DNA of 53,717 nt, the filler included, from Catajapyx aquilonaris (taxonomy: Eukaryota), in the NCBI GenBank assembly GCA_000934665.2. It is 3 parts of 3 records of this genome, joined end to end, with 100 filler letters (N's around TTAATTAATTAA, not from the genome) between each part and the next. Parts side by side here need not be neighbours in the genome. Positions count along the whole stretch, not along the records: positions 35,933 to 53,717 come from JYFJ02006860.1; 2 more parts are not named here. One strand, written 5' to 3'. Shown piece by piece: positions 37,523 through 50,756 of the stretch. Each line of letters starts with the position of its first letter. The first letter of the stretch is position 1. The notes under the pieces are model-generated. The model made no database searches. It was not told where the DNA came from and saw nothing but the letters and a program-made list of their open reading frames with translations. Both the position numbers and the translations under genes were made by a program.

Positions 37523-38010
37523 TAATAACCAGGGTTGTCAGATACTTCTGGTGCTGCTGCAGCTAACCTGGCAGCCAGGTCCTCCACAGTCTCGACCGGG
37601 GTCTCATACATGAGGCTTTCCATGTGGCCCCAAAGGAAAAAGTCCAGTAATGTCATATCGGGTGATCGTGCAGGCCAGACGACAGGTCCCTCGCGACCAA
37701 TCCAACGTTGCGGATATGTCACATCCAGGTGGTCCCGCGAACAGCCCGTGCGTAGTGGGGAGGTGCCCCGTCATGCTGGAACCACATTCTGGTCCGATCT
37801 GATAAGGGAACATCCTCCAGCAAGCCTGGCAAAGTATTCTGAAGAAACGGAAGGTAGGTATGGCCATCCAGGCGAGGTGGCAGCATGTATGGACCAATCA
37901 CGTGATCCCCAATGGTCCGTGACCACATGTTGACGGAGAACCGCACCTGATAGCCTCGGACATGGATGCTGTGGGGGTTTCATCTGACCACGCGTGGCTG
38001 TTGTGGCTGT
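37523..38010 (-). pseudogene. Tc1/mariner DDD-type transposase fragment
   Basis: WFQHDGAPPHY and RWIGREGPVVWPARSPDMTLLDFFLWG motifs lie in different frames. Confidence 0.9.
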
Positions 38011-38599
38011 CTATCTTTTCCAATTTCTCTCTAGTCAGACTGATGCATAAATGACATTGAGAAGTGCAGAACTTATTCGGGGTTGAAGGTCTTTGCTTCT
38101 TCACTTTTGCTGTTACAAAAGTTGGGGGAGAAAGTGGAAGATCTCTTTCGCTATTATGATTATCTGAGCAAGTATGTCATGATCCATTTTTTACCAAATT
38201 TCCTCTTATAATTCAAGTGCGATAACTGAGATACAAATTGTCTCTTACAGCAGCAGGGAGACTTGGAACAAAATAATAATAATAATAATGTCAGGAACCA
38301 TATCCATGAGTATTATGAGAAGAAGAACGTATTCGAAGGCCCTGGTACAGGGTACCGAGGAATGCATCCAAGGTGGAATTTAAAAATTTGTTGTTGTTAG
38401 CTTGTGTCGTTTCGACTAACTTATGTGGTCATTCCAACCTTTTTTTAAAAGCGAGGTTGCATCATGATAATCCACGGACGTATCTGTGTTGGCTTTTGTT
38501 GTAATTACTAACTCTAGGAAGAACTTCGGCGTCTCTGGAAGTTTTGAATTGAATTGAATGTTTATTTCCCTTATGGACACCTGCTGGTGTTTTAAAGGT

Positions 38600-40600
38600 G
38601 ACCTCTCTTAGGGTCAACGAATGGCCCAATGGTGTCTGCTTGTTAGGATGCTGATTCGGGTCCTTGCAGCAGCTATTGCACATTAGTAGCTCGCATATTG
38701 AGCATAACCTTGTGGACTGCTTCTTTCAGGTGAGGCATTTCCCCCGCTTAGTGGCGTCAGCATAAAAATGCCCTGCAAGGGGAACTTCACACCCGTAGTC
38801 CACCCTGTGCCTCTTCATAGGTGGCTCTCCGGGGGTGGAGGGCAGAGAAGTCATTTTTTTCTGGATGATGCTGTTTCTCCAGGTAGCAGTCGTCACAGAG
38901 TAGGACTTCGCAAATGGAGCACATCCTTGAAGAGTTCCTCTTGCAAGGCAAGCATTTTCCCCGCCTTACTGCTTCAGCATAACAATGCCCCGCTAGAGGA
39001 ACTTCAGGCCTGTAGTCCACCCTGTGCCGCTTCACCAGTGGCTCTCCGGATGTTGAGGGTAGGGAAGGGGATGTTGAGGGTAGGGAAGGGGATGTTGAGG
39101 GTAGAGAAGGGGATGTTGAGGGTAGAGAAGGCAACCGTGAGGAGGCCTGCGGCTTGATGCTTGTCCATTCTTCCACCAGAGCCGTCCTCACGTCCTTGGA
39201 CGGTGTCTTCGGTTTCTTGATCCTCATGATTACTCACAAATTGTGGATGCACATGTCTACTAACCGCCAGAACATCCTTTTCCACCATTTAACTGTACAG
39301 TACGGCTCCAGCTGAAAGTAGCTAAGCATCTAATCCACCCGGTCCACACCGCCCATGTACTTATTGTATTCCATTATAGCCACCGGTTTAGAGACAGTTT
39401 CGAATACGCCACTGGGTCCACCTGGCCGCTGGCACTGCTGTACATGCTGCTGGTACTCGAGGTGACTTGGCTCGAGCTCTCCTGGCCTTAACTCTTCCAC
39501 GACGGCGTACGACCTCTTGCATTCCTGCGCTATGTATCGTTGTCAGAAAGTGGCCTGCTTGTCGGCCCATGTGCCCAGCCCGCTTAAAAATGACCTCCCC
39601 ATCTTCGACTGATGGCAACTTAGGCATGTCCGCCCGATTGTCCTTGACAGTCCCACTTGCCAGTGTGTTCATATTCAGCAGATCTTGTACGAGCCTGCAA
39701 AAGGTAACTTGTTTTATTGTTGGGAACAAAGCAAAAATATTTATACATGGCATCCTCAATGATGCAGGTAGCAGCAAAATGAAAGGAGGTGGACTTACTT
39801 TGGGCTGGTGTAAAAGTTGTCGGTGTACAAGTGGTGCCCTTTGTTGACATAATCTATCATCAGGTCCTGCACTACTCTGTGTGCCAATCCACGTTCCACC
39901 ACCCCCTGTTCAGCTTGACCAGGATATATCTGAAAATTCAGTACATAGCCAGAATTGGAGGCTGCGAGGACGCAAATTTTGATGCCCCTCTTCGTGGGCT
40001 TCATGGAGCATATACTGTATAAATGCTGCAAGTTGAGATGTTAATTTAGTCAAGTGTTATATATTTTAATGATTTAAACATTGTTACATAATTTTAGCCT
40101 ACCAAGCCTGGCCTTCGTCCCCAACATCATCTCGTCGATGGAGAGTTCCTTACCGGGAGAAAACTGCTCTGGAATACTGCGCAGTACTCCATCAATTAGT
40201 GGGCGAATCTGCAATACGTAGGGAACGATCCAAGTATTAGTGATGATTCAGTCAAAGCTGGATTCCAATTGCAATGTAGGCAATAATACAAGCATGCTGC
40301 CCCCAGGTCTACTCTTTCTAAGAAGCACAGCTCACCTTGTACACTTTGTCCGGGTGAGGTTCACTTGGGGAAGGTTCTTTGCTGCTGTCATTGCAGTGCA
40401 AGGCACTTGTCATGTCCCTATAACGTGTCCTTGACATCATAGAGGAGAACCAGGGAGTGCTGGTCATGGGGTCAGTTGACCCGTTCTCCTCTATGCTGCT
40501 TTTCCCTATGAGGGCAATTCCTATACTGACACCGAGATGAGCCTTCATCTCGGGGAGAGTGATGTCTTCCCACTGGATAATATTCTTCCTTTCCGTCAGG
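38600..40600 (-). pseudogene. Intron-containing piggyBac (PGBD4-like) transposase relic
   Basis: MSRTRY, DKVYK|IRPL, ELSIDEMM, KPTKRGIK, YTDNFYTSPK|L, YNKYMGGVD, KWWKRMF and C-terminal Cys-rich motifs; three GT-AG introns; frameshifts. Confidence 0.9.
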
Positions 40601-40609
40601 TGCTTTTTT

Positions 40610-40786
40610 GTTTGGAATGCGTGTAGAAGCCAATTTGTGAAGATGCCCGGTGTGATTCCGAACGTAGTGATGGGCACACTCAATTTTTGTAATTAACTGG
40701 CCGTAATGCACACGCTCCAGGAGATCTTTATGGACACTGGAGTCGCCGCCGTCTCCCACGAACTCCTTATAGTGCAACCCGTACAT
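40610..40786 (-). pseudogene. Kolobok/Mutator-like transposase fragment
   Basis: YKEFVGDGGDSSVHK...KIECAHH resembles the GDGDSS...KxECxxH motif. Confidence 0.6.
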
Positions 40787-41128
40787 GTCCTCACGGGCGT
40801 CATTTCAGCCTTTTAACTGGGGTGGCAAGACCTAAGGTTTTTTTTTAAAAAAACCTGGCTGTAAGTTTGTCAGTTTTTGAAGCTTTTCCAGACTATTTTT
40901 ACAACAATTTAATTGCTAACAATTTACACTAAAACAATAATTTTTAATTACGTGAGTTATTAACTAAACCACGTGTAAAGTAATTATTTCACACACGACT
41001 CAAAAGTGTGCCTAATTTTATTTTATGTGTGCTCAGCCCATTTGTTTGATAAAAGGAAAAAAATCTAGTAAACATGATACAAAAGAAAACTTTTACTTTT
41101 ACTCAATGTCATCATACACAAGTTATTT

Positions 41129-41437
41129 TTACACAAAATGAAGTCTTCTCTTCTGGCTTGAATTAAAGTCACCAATAACTTTGGAAATGCTTACTTCAAC
41201 ACTCCTTTCAATAGCCAAAAGAGCCAACGAGGACAACCTTTCCTGACCAATCGTGTTTCTGGTGTATGTTTTTAGCCGCCGTAAGCACGAAAAGAACCTC
41301 TCACAGGGTGCCGAGTTCATTGGAATCGTAAGGAACAAACGAAAAAGTTCAAAAAGCGTAGGGAACGCACTTTTCAAAGATTTATGTACAAAAACATCAG
41401 CTCTTTCTTGAATAGTTTCGTTTCTTGATTCTTCCAT
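41129..41437 (-). pseudogene. hAT transposase C-terminal dimerisation domain fragment
   Basis: FPTLFELFRLFLTIPMNSAPCERFFSCLRRLKTYTRNTIGQERLSSLALLAIE. Confidence 0.9.
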
Positions 41438-41899
41438 TTTGTAAAAACATCTCAGTTCAGACAGAAGAAGTTCAAAAATTCTAAATTGTAATATTTACAC
41501 ACATAATGTAGGGGAGGGTGGGGCACCTTGAGTCGGGTTTTGTCTTTTACTTTTTAAATACAGAAATACAAATATATTTTGCAACTTGTTTATTTCCCAT
41601 GATCCAGTAGCTCTTTGTCTACAATGTTAAATTTTACGGCAATGAAAATATGCATACTAGTGTGGTACAAAATGAGAAACTTACACTAACTACACATGTC
41701 TCAAGGTGCCCCTGTAGTGGGGCACCTTGAGACGACAGGGATGATCTGAATTTTCATCCCTTTATTCATTTTTTTTTTTACTTCATATTAAGCAGTGCAA
41801 AATCAACACCAAAGGCAATAAGAGACTTCTGCCTCCTTTTCTGACCTGTACATGTAGGATTCGGCAAAATCATCTTCATATGAGAATCCGCTACAAGTG

Positions 41900-42415
41900 A
41901 CTTATCTTCTTTGACGCAATTTCAGTACAGTGTGATAAATTCCAGGAGTCTCCGTTGCATATAATGCCAAGGGATAATAATACAGCAGTTCCTTTTGTTT
42001 AACAATCCGTAAGTGCTCAGTAACTTTCAGAATATGTGAGTGAGTATGACTACTGTAGAGAACAATATCTAAAAAAACAGCCATTTATGACAAACATTTT
42101 TTGGATCTTCCCAAAAGTATCATGTATAATATCTACGTCAACAACAACACAATTTTCAACACTATTTCGTACCATTCACATGAGTACTCCGAACAAAAAA
42201 ACATTGCCTTTCTGCTGGGTACATTTCCTTAACCACGCACTGTTCTTGTACTGGCAATCTTAACTAATATTCCCCTCCTGTTGATTTTTCAGCCGTTTCC
42301 CCTTTATCAAATCTTTGCTTTCCCTTCATTAGACGATTACAAAAGTTCTTCACTTCCACATTCTTTATAGCTGCTAATTTTGTCGGTAAACTAAGGAAAG
42401 ACCAAACACAACTTT
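41900..42415 (-). pseudogene. CACTA/EnSpm transposase fragment
   Basis: The ENANWCLLKAVHG...FCNRLMKGKQR translation (ORF 42264-42482) is homologous to 51874-52281; junction with the adjacent hAT fragment is ~42480. Confidence 0.6.
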
Positions 42416-42479
42416 CAATTTCTAAATGAATATATTGTTTTCCATGGACTGCTTTTAAAAGGCACCAATTTGCATTTTC

Positions 42480-42790
42480 CAATGCAAAGCATGACGTTCT
42501 CCTTTATCATGAGGTTTTCAATGTTCAACAGGGCCAAATTCGTAAACCTCTCCTGGGTCATCGATGTCCGTAGCCAAGTTTTTATTCGGCGCACAGCCGA
42601 AAAGCTTATTTCACAACCGGCAGAACTCACAGGCAAGCCTACAGCAACCTGAAGAAGCTTGTGTAGATTTGGCATACAATCCTTGTTCACAGTTGTTGCT
42701 TTCAAGGTTTGAAAGTTTATTTCTTTGCCTTTGTTCTTCTGCAATACTTTTCATAACCGTGATTTCAGCCTTCAGTGTGGAATTGAAGTC
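42480..42790 (-). pseudogene. Second hAT dimerisation domain fragment
   Basis: MPNLHKLLQVAVGLPVSSAGCEISFSAVRRIKTWLRTSMTQERFTNLALLNIE. Confidence 0.88.
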
Positions 42791-43525
42791 CTAGGGCACG
42801 TACACTGCTAAACCCACACTTGAGTGATTTGGAGATATTGAAAGTTTGCAGAAATCATAAATCACGATTATTATCTCATTTTGAAAATAACATTACTGTA
42901 GTGTGTCCTACATATCTGAGTACAACTCGACAAACTACAAACATGAATATGTAACATGAATGCCATAGAACACGTGATAACTGGAACATAACTGGGAAAT
43001 TGTGGGATAGCACTATATGGTCTTAAGAACGGGATGGTTTTTTATGAATGAAATTGGGATGACATTCAGGACATTCCAATTATTTTCCACTCAATATTCT
43101 TCTTCAGTGATTCTTATTCAGATGAATAAAATGGATACTCCTCCCCATATTATTCATCTGAATAGGAATCAAGGCTCTCGACATCAACATCCTCCTCCTC
43201 TGGCACCAACTTATGATAGTAGTCCTGATAGGCAGCCGGAACCCACTTCATTAAGGACAGGACAGGATTGACACAAAGAACATAACGTGGGTGACTAGCA
43301 TGTTGATGTTTATTACGTTACTTAAAGGCAAGGGTTAAAGATGGAGAGGAATAATAGGAATGAGGGTTACGGGCAGTGGTGCTGGACATCACCACCGACC
43401 CGGACCAGTCACCGGGATATTGTCCCAGCGAAAGGCCTCGAATGGGGACAGGAGGCGGTTTAAATAGTGAACGGGGCCCATTTCATGACGGGAAAGGATG
43501 CACAGGAAAGTCACATGACTACTCA

Positions 43526-44150
43526 TCAGACATATACCCATAAGGTCAATGGTTGGTAACACAATTTCAGGAAATGGGGTCGACACGACGGTGGTACATT
43601 TTTTAGACCGTTCACAACGTCATTCAACTTGTTCTTTGGTATTGGTAGTCGGTTGCCGTATTTACTTTTCAGTTGAAATGGATGCATTGCAATGCCTGGG
43701 CGCCCTTTTTCCCTTAGCGAAGCCCTAACCGGTCTTTCATTGGAGGAATGTGAATAAGTAGCATGGAGATGCCAGGGGTCTTCGGAAGTAAAGTGAAACT
43801 TCGCCACCTTGCTGAACTGCAGTGCTGTGTTTTCAGTTCACAACCCTCTTTGTTATGCTGTCTGTCAAGGAGCCGACATCTTTGAAGTCCGCAGTTTTAA
43901 TGATGGTTACAACATTTTTTTATATATTTTGTTTGCCTTTTCGATAATGACGGCCCAATGTGAACGATTCTAGACATTTGGCTCATGTTTACGCGCGTGT
44001 GCCTCGATGCGTCCAAAGTCACGGTCACATGGGAAGTGATGATTAACTTCTTGGAAGATCTTGTGGTCCACTAGAGTCTTGCAAAGTGAGACGAAAGCCC
44101 AGTTTTTATTTTGCCCCTTGCAGTTGTCTGAGATTATGTGCAGGACTTAC
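43526..44150 (-). pseudogene. Sola-like DDE transposase fragment
   Basis: Read by eye: ISDNCKGQNKNWAF and HFPCDRDFGRIE motifs, C-terminal LPIPKNKLNDV. Confidence 0.6.
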
Positions 44151-44165
44151 TGGTATCACCTTCAT

Positions 44166-45285
44166 TTAACTTGAAAACCACTGGTGGATCTTGATCATCC
44201 TGATGATCCCCCATCTTGGCCTGGGTTGACTCGGGATGCAACTTCTTGCACTGTTTGTATTTAAAACAGTCTTGTTTGCGATGACCTTGCTTCTTGAAAA
44301 AAAAAAAAAAAAAAAGCCACAGAAAGCTGCATTGCTTGATTGGTCTTCTTTATTGACCACAGCACCTCGGTGAGCTTTGCAGACCTTCATGACCTTTTCT
44401 TCACGGTCATCACTATTAACTGACCTGTTTACCCTACGCTGGAACTCTTCTATCATTTTTTGTTTAACAAAAGCAAGTGTTAGGTCAGCTTCGGGTCGGG
44501 TCTCCAAGCTGTGTGATCAAAGTTCCGTAGCTTTCAGGTAGGCTGCTCAGCATGAACGCCCCTGCCAACTTGTCTGCCATGTGTGCACCTAATGCAACAA
44601 GTTGGTCCATCACATCTTCCATCTTCAGGATGTGTTCAGCCATATCACTTCCCTCCTCCAGCTTGAGAGTACAAAGACGTCTTAGCAGACTCACCACATT
44701 GGACAATGTAGCCTTTTGGTGGTAGTCTTGCAACGCCTGCCATACTGCTTTGGCGGTTGTGTGTCGTCTGATGTGTCCCAACTGGTTGTCTTCTACTCTC
44801 AGGCCGATAGCTGCCCTAGCCTTACCGTCTTTGTTGCTCCTCTTATCGTCCGGATTAGCTGGTACATCTTTTGCGACTACGTCCCAACTCCTTCATTCAG
44901 TAATAGCAGCTCCATCATGAAACGCCATACTTGGTAGTTACTATTGTTCAGCTTCTCGAAGGAGAACTTGTTGTCGGCCATACTCAAGCACTTTATGACA
45001 CAGTTACTACACTTGATGTAACAGGTCCAATGGTTGGTGACTCGAGTACGACACTTGATGTCCCGGGTCCAATACTTGATGTTCTAGTTAGTGCCTGGGC
45101 CCATAACCTGTTCAATAAAACTCCATACGCAGCAGATTGATTATTATCCACAGTGGCGCGGCAGGCACACAGAGACGTAGTAGGGAAGTGGAAAAAAAAG
45201 GAAGAGCAGTTGAGCTTGCTCACTGAATAGGATAGGTGGCAGCAGGATGGTAGACATGGCGCCACATTTATTTTCTTTTTCAACA
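44166..45285 (-). mobile_element. Truncated Ty1/copia LTR retrotransposon (5' LTR, PBS, gag)
   Basis: LTR TGTTG...GAACA at 45285-45109; PBS GGTTATGGGCCCAG at 45108-45095 (copia type); gag starts at ATG 44981 and includes TAKAVWQALQDYH and MLSSLPESY. Confidence 0.9.
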
Positions 45286-45665
45286 TTGTACATTTAACAT
45301 ATTGTTCTTTCTCTGGACCATGGACTTAAGGTCCTCCCAGTGTCGCTCACACTTTTGCGTGTGCCACCAGCAGGTGGAGGTCCAACCCATTGCTTATCCA
45401 GGCAGTTTGGATGGTATCCATGTCGCCACAGGGGATCTTCATGCCTGGGGGGCTCCAGAAATTTTCTCTTGTGCACAACCACTCCATGTAATGGTTGTCC
45501 AGGCCTCGATAATGGTGCCCATGCATCTGTGCAAAGCGTGGCTGACTGATCCACATGCGCAAATATAAGTGGCCAGAGGTCACTTCTTCTCCTGTTAGGG
45601 ACTACCTTCGCAAACCTACAATTTGGAACATATCGTTATTAGCTTTATGTGAAAAATGACATGTA

Positions 45666-45967
45666 CGAGGGCGGTTCAATAAAGACTGGCACTGATTTTT
45701 TTCCCATGGCTATTAGTCCTATGACGCAAACTATTGAACTAATATGGTGCGTGCACAATCATCTGTCCAGTCCAATCTGAGTTGGCACCCACATCGACAC
45801 AGTGATATTTTGAATTGTCCACTAGAGAGGGCAGCATTATCGATCCCCCTCTCGCAAATCAGATTCGACAGATGATTGTGCATGCACGATGAACCATATT
45901 TGTTCAATAGTTTACGTAATAGCCATGGGGAAAAAAATCAGTGCCAGTCTTTATTGAACCGCCCTCG
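45666..45967. mobile_element. mariner-type MITE
   Basis: TA|CGAGGGCGGTTCAATAAAGACTGGCACTG ... CAGTGCCAGTCTTTATTGAACCGCCCTCG|TA. Confidence 0.92.
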
Positions 45968-46589
45968 TAGTACTGTACATCATAAATGTTACATTACAAA
46001 ACGGGCGTACCTCTGTCCCGTCATTCGGCTGACAGCACCGAAAATCCATATCTGCACTCGACGATGTCACCCTGTGCTCCCAGGCCTCTAAAGTCATGCC
46101 AAGCTACCCTGGTTACTGCATTTCTGATTTTTGCAAACCAGACCACATTGGTCTTCTTGGACCACTTAACTTTGCTCGTTTTAGTGGGCCTGTCCTGGAG
46201 GAGCCACCGAAATAGCAGCCTCAAAATCTCCCATCCTGACAACTTGCCTTGTTCTAATATTGTGTTCTTCCATGGGTGGAGGCGTAATCTGTCGTGGTAC
46301 TGCCCTCGAATACCTACACAAATATTGCAATATGAGTGAAATCATGAAAAAAACATTTTAAGGGCAATGATTTCCTTTACAGCATTGACTTAGTGCCAGC
46401 ATGAGTGCCACTGGAATTTCGCACTATTTTGCATGTAGGCCCTACCTCTTTTCACTGGGCTTATTTGCTCCTCTTCACCTGATTGGTTTTCACCGGAAGA
46501 AATATCCTCTCCTGCATACAGATCTGAAAGTAGTTACAAAAATGTTACATTATTTTGTGGGCAAATGGGCTCTTGCAATAATTGTCGAT

Positions 46590-47000
46590 TCATACCTTGG
46601 CCACCATTTCCTTCGTGTTTCTTCTTGGATGCAGCATGTTTTCTCTGGCATACTTTGCCTTCATGAAAAAAAAATAATGAAAAAAGAGCAATCAATGTTA
46701 TTCGAACAGTGTGTAAGCACGATCATTGTGAAGAGTTCTTCACATGATTCCACTGGTACCTCTTTTTGATGAGATTTTCTCCTCTTCACTAGAGTGATCT
46801 TCCTCAGAAATCATATCCTGTCCTGTGTGCAAATCTGAAATTATGTAGAGCTCATTTTCATGCAAAACAGTGCAAAAAATAATGTAACTAGCTATTGTAG
46901 TTATTGGTTTATACCTTGGCCACCATTTCCTTCGTGTTTCTTCTTGGATGCAGCATGTTTTCTCTGGGATACTTTGCCTTCATGAAAAAAGAGCAATCAA
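46590..47000. repeat. ~85-bp direct duplication
   Basis: ATACCTTGGCCACCATTTCCTTCGTG...GCCTTCATGAAAAAA at ~46592 and ~46911. Confidence 0.85.
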
Positions 47001-48139
47001 GGGATGTCGAAGAGTACAGTCTATACTTTCATCCGACCACTCGTGACAGGCAAAGGTATAGCAGGCCTAACAATGAATTATTGTGTAGAAGAGTTGGGGG
47101 CCCAATGAGCAAATTTTCGTTTGAATTTTTTTCTTCATCTACAGTAACATCATTCCAACATGCAAGTGTGTTCATCTGAAAGAATGCTTTGTATCTGTTA
47201 TACCTGAGGTAAAAATCAAACAGAACAAATGCCATTTGCAAAAAAATAACAAATTCTACTTGTTCATCATTTTGCTCACTGTATCCCGATGGTAGGGCAC
47301 AATGAGCATATGCTTGAAATTCAATGGGGTTATAATAATAAAAATATAAAAGTAATTTTCGTGTTTTTCCAAAATAAATGTGTCCATACAATACATAGAG
47401 GCTTCTCCCCTAATATGGGGCACAATTCACATATGCCATTGTGCTCCAGGTCACACGTTGAGAAATAGTGCAATTAGCTGTGCAACAGACATCAGAGACA
47501 CTTTAATCACACTGTATAAAAAGAATCAGCAAAGACACGCATTTAAATCTTCCCACACCGAATACTGGTTTGACAAGTTTTGTACGAATAAAATTATGCT
47601 AATGAATTGTAAATTTAACTTACAAAATGCAAAAGGTGGTCCAGCTTCACTGTGCATTACACACGCTTTCGAGCAATTTGTTGATTGCATTAATCCTTTG
47701 ACTAATATAAGAAGGTAGTATTGTAATGGTGGGAGAATATATTGTAGTCTTAGGTCTTGACAACTTGTTTTATATTGCCCACTGTACCCCGCCGCTCATT
47801 GTGCCCCCACTTCCGCTACATCCTATTTGACACACCGGAAGAAACATTGCATGAAATCTTTACTTGAGATTAATTTGCGTAATTTACTAGGGGAGACTGG
47901 GGCACAGTGGACCTTTCCATTTTTAAAATCGAAAAAGCCGCCAAATTTTTTTCATCTGGTACCTCGTGAAAGAAGTCCTGCCAACATGGCTGGCAACGGC
48001 TAGCGATCGATCGATAGATATCCAGCGAAATCGATTTGAAGATAAGTGAAGTAAATTACTAGCCCACAGTTTAAATGCCACTTCATTTTGGTCGCGAAAC
48101 GCGTCGTTAAAATCTGCGCAAAGGTTTGGCCTTGATAAT

Positions 48140-48620
48140 GGTTGGGTTGGCTCTGTCACCGAAGCGATGATTCCAAGCTTTTCCATTTCCTGAAGACGAG
48201 CTTCAGATTTCTCCAGTAAGGGAATAGGTATCCGCCTAGGGCAGGTGAGGTCGAAAGGAACAGCACCAGGCTTGAGTTTGATTTTGTATTCCCCTTTCGC
48301 CTTTCCAAGTCCCGTGAACAGTGTAGGGAACTCAAGGTGTGGACTTACACTGGAGGAAGCGTAATCCCCGGTGTGTTCTGGTACTTCCAGCGTCTCGTTG
48401 ATTCTCTTAACCAACATCAAAGCTTGTATGGCTGGTTTTCCCAATAGAGGTGTCTCCAGTCCTTTAACAACGTACACGTTTTCGACGGTGGCTGCTGCTT
48501 TACCCACCATGCGGACTTGTATCATGCCCAGTACCTGAAGTCCTCGACGGTCAGGTCCACAGAGATTGTTTCCGCGGAGCAAGAAGCGGAAGGGTTTTGA
48601 AATGTTCCCTGTAGCAACTC
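48140..48620 (-). pseudogene. Ty3/gypsy pol fragment (protease end to RT start)
   Basis: YVVKGLETPLLGKPAIQAL...FPTLFTGLG...IKLKPGAVP...PRRIPIPL...LQEMEKLGII. Confidence 0.88.
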
Positions 48621-48715
48621 TCTGGTAGAACCGTGTCGGCTCAAGGGTCCGTATTTTCGGAGCTACAGCGACTTGAACCAAATTAAGGGACGAATAAAAA
48701 AGTCAACCATGGATT

Positions 48716-49135
48716 GGTGAAACTTGGTAGGAATGTCCCTGAGACCATACTTTTCCAATACAGATATGGCGCCACGACCGTTTTCGCCCAGGTGGCCCAT
48801 AATTGCGGGTTGGCTGCCTTGAAGCCTTCATCACGAAAGTGCACGGTTGACCATTTCATCCCTTAATTCCATGACTATGGATTCAAGTCGATGTAGCTAT
48901 GAAAATAAGGACTCTACGTGGAAAAGGTACTTCATACTTTTTGTAGAGTACATGTTTCTGTACAACCTTTATTTGGCACATTTCCTCCTGAGAAGCATAG
49001 TTCGCTCAGAAAAGACCTTTAACTGGCTTCAAGGTAGCCAACCCGCAATTACGGGCCACCTGGGCGAAAACGGTCGCGGCGCCACATCTGGATTGGAAGA
49101 GTATGGTCTCAGGGACATTCCCACCAAATTTCACC
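48716..49135. mobile_element. Foldback element with ~110-bp inverted arms
   Basis: GGTGAAACTTGGTAGGAATGTCCCTGAGACCATAC...CCTTGAAGCC versus the reverse complement at ~49025-49135. Confidence 0.8.
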
Positions 49136-49981
49136 TAGGGTTGGAAAGTTGGTCCAAAATAATCGATTTTAGATTAATCGATTTAATTGAAAGCAAAAAA
49201 TAACCGAAAATCAGCATAGTCGATTTTGAGAAAATGATCGATTATTTCCATTTTTTTCGCGAGCGCGAAAAATTAATACATTTGCACGAGATGACTCTTT
49301 TTCGCTCTTTTTAAAGGCTAGTCGCTTATTTCAATGTAGTTCTTGCTCTAACTGCACCTATAGCTCAACCTGTGGAGGTAAGCTGGGTTGGATTCCCTCG
49401 CCTTCTTCAACGCCTGCTTCACCTTCCGTTTCCGTCCGCCCCGGCAACCACGCTTCCGCCAACGTCCTTTCGCTGATGGCATCGGCTGGTGCGTCCTCGG
49501 CACTGGCGACTGGACAGGGGAGCAGCCCCGAAGAGCGCTCTTGGTCTGGTCAAGCTAGACCCTGCAGCTCCGAAGAGCGCTGGGTCAAGGGAGAGTTCAG
49601 AGGTCAAGCTAGACCCTCGAATAAATCGAAGCAGCCCCGAAGAGCGCTGGGTCAGGTGAGGTGGCGAAGAGGGGAACTCTTGCTCACTTCTTTTGCTTGC
49701 TTTGGTTTCTGCCTTGGCTTCCACCTCCGCTTGTGCTTGATAATTTCGGTTTTGCACTACCAAGGACCATGTCAATAGTTGACAAGCTCGAAGCCATGAA
49801 TCCTTCACTCAGTTCCCTTTCTAAAATATAAAGTAGTAAAGTGGTAGAAATGTGGTAGTTTTAGGAAGTTCTGGTAGTTTTTGGTAGTTCTCGGTTGTAA
49901 TCAGGTGGGAATGAAAATTACTACCTCACATGAACATTTCACAAGGTAGTATAACGTAGAAAACAGGTAACAATAAACTAA

Positions 49982-50509
49982 AGGCAATGGATTTCTTAGA
50001 GTGAACTGCTGGGCCGATGGCCCCGCCCCCAAACAAACTTCCCTCCTCCCCAACTTCTCCCCTCCCCACCACTTTGGCACCATGACAACATGTATCCCTC
50101 CGCCAGAGCCGGAGAACTTATTCCGATGGTGCTTATGCGCGCCGAAAAGAAGTGAAAAGAAGAGATTCGAACACCGTTGCCTTGGATTCGAACAATGCTT
50201 CGAAATTACGCGGGCACGGATCCCGATGCTCATTTGTCTCTCGCCTTGAAAGTAGTCCCCATGTGGCAAGGTTGCTGATTTTAATTTTTCGCGTTAGTAA
50301 CTAATAACGCTATTCTAAATAATGCTTTAGTGTTCATAAATTATGTCAGAACCAAATAATTGATATCGGCCGAATTCCTTTTTAAAATACACCGTCAATT
50401 ACATTTATGTATTTCACCTGGCAACCTTACTGTGACGCACGGTCATACAGGCGATCCCATTGGTTCGCCCGGGGGGGCGTGTCTGTTCACTCTAAGAAAT
50501 CCGTTGCCT
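49982..50509. mobile_element. PIF/Harbinger-like MITE
   Basis: TAA|AGGCAATGGATTTCTTAGAGTGAAC ... GTTCACTCTAAGAAATCCGTTGCCT|TTA. Confidence 0.85.
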
Positions 50510-50756
50510 TTACCTGCCTATACACTTGGTAGTTTCAAGGTAGAAATCAGGTAAGAAATTTGCAACCTGAATATACTAGGTTTTAAGGTACAGTACATCA
50601 TATAGCAATAATAAGCAAGTGACACAAAAACTACCAATATGCGGCACACATACTTTGTGCATATAAACTCTCATAATCTGTCAATGTATTGGTATGTAGG
50701 ATTATTGATGCTTCTGGCTCTAAAGTATCACACCTAATACCAGACTGCATCATATA

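Noticed and set aside
41509..47910. One large pogo-like element bounded by GGGGAG..TGGGGCAC motifs
   Set aside because: Several such ends (41509, 41715, 47410, 47800, 47888) cannot be paired unambiguously.
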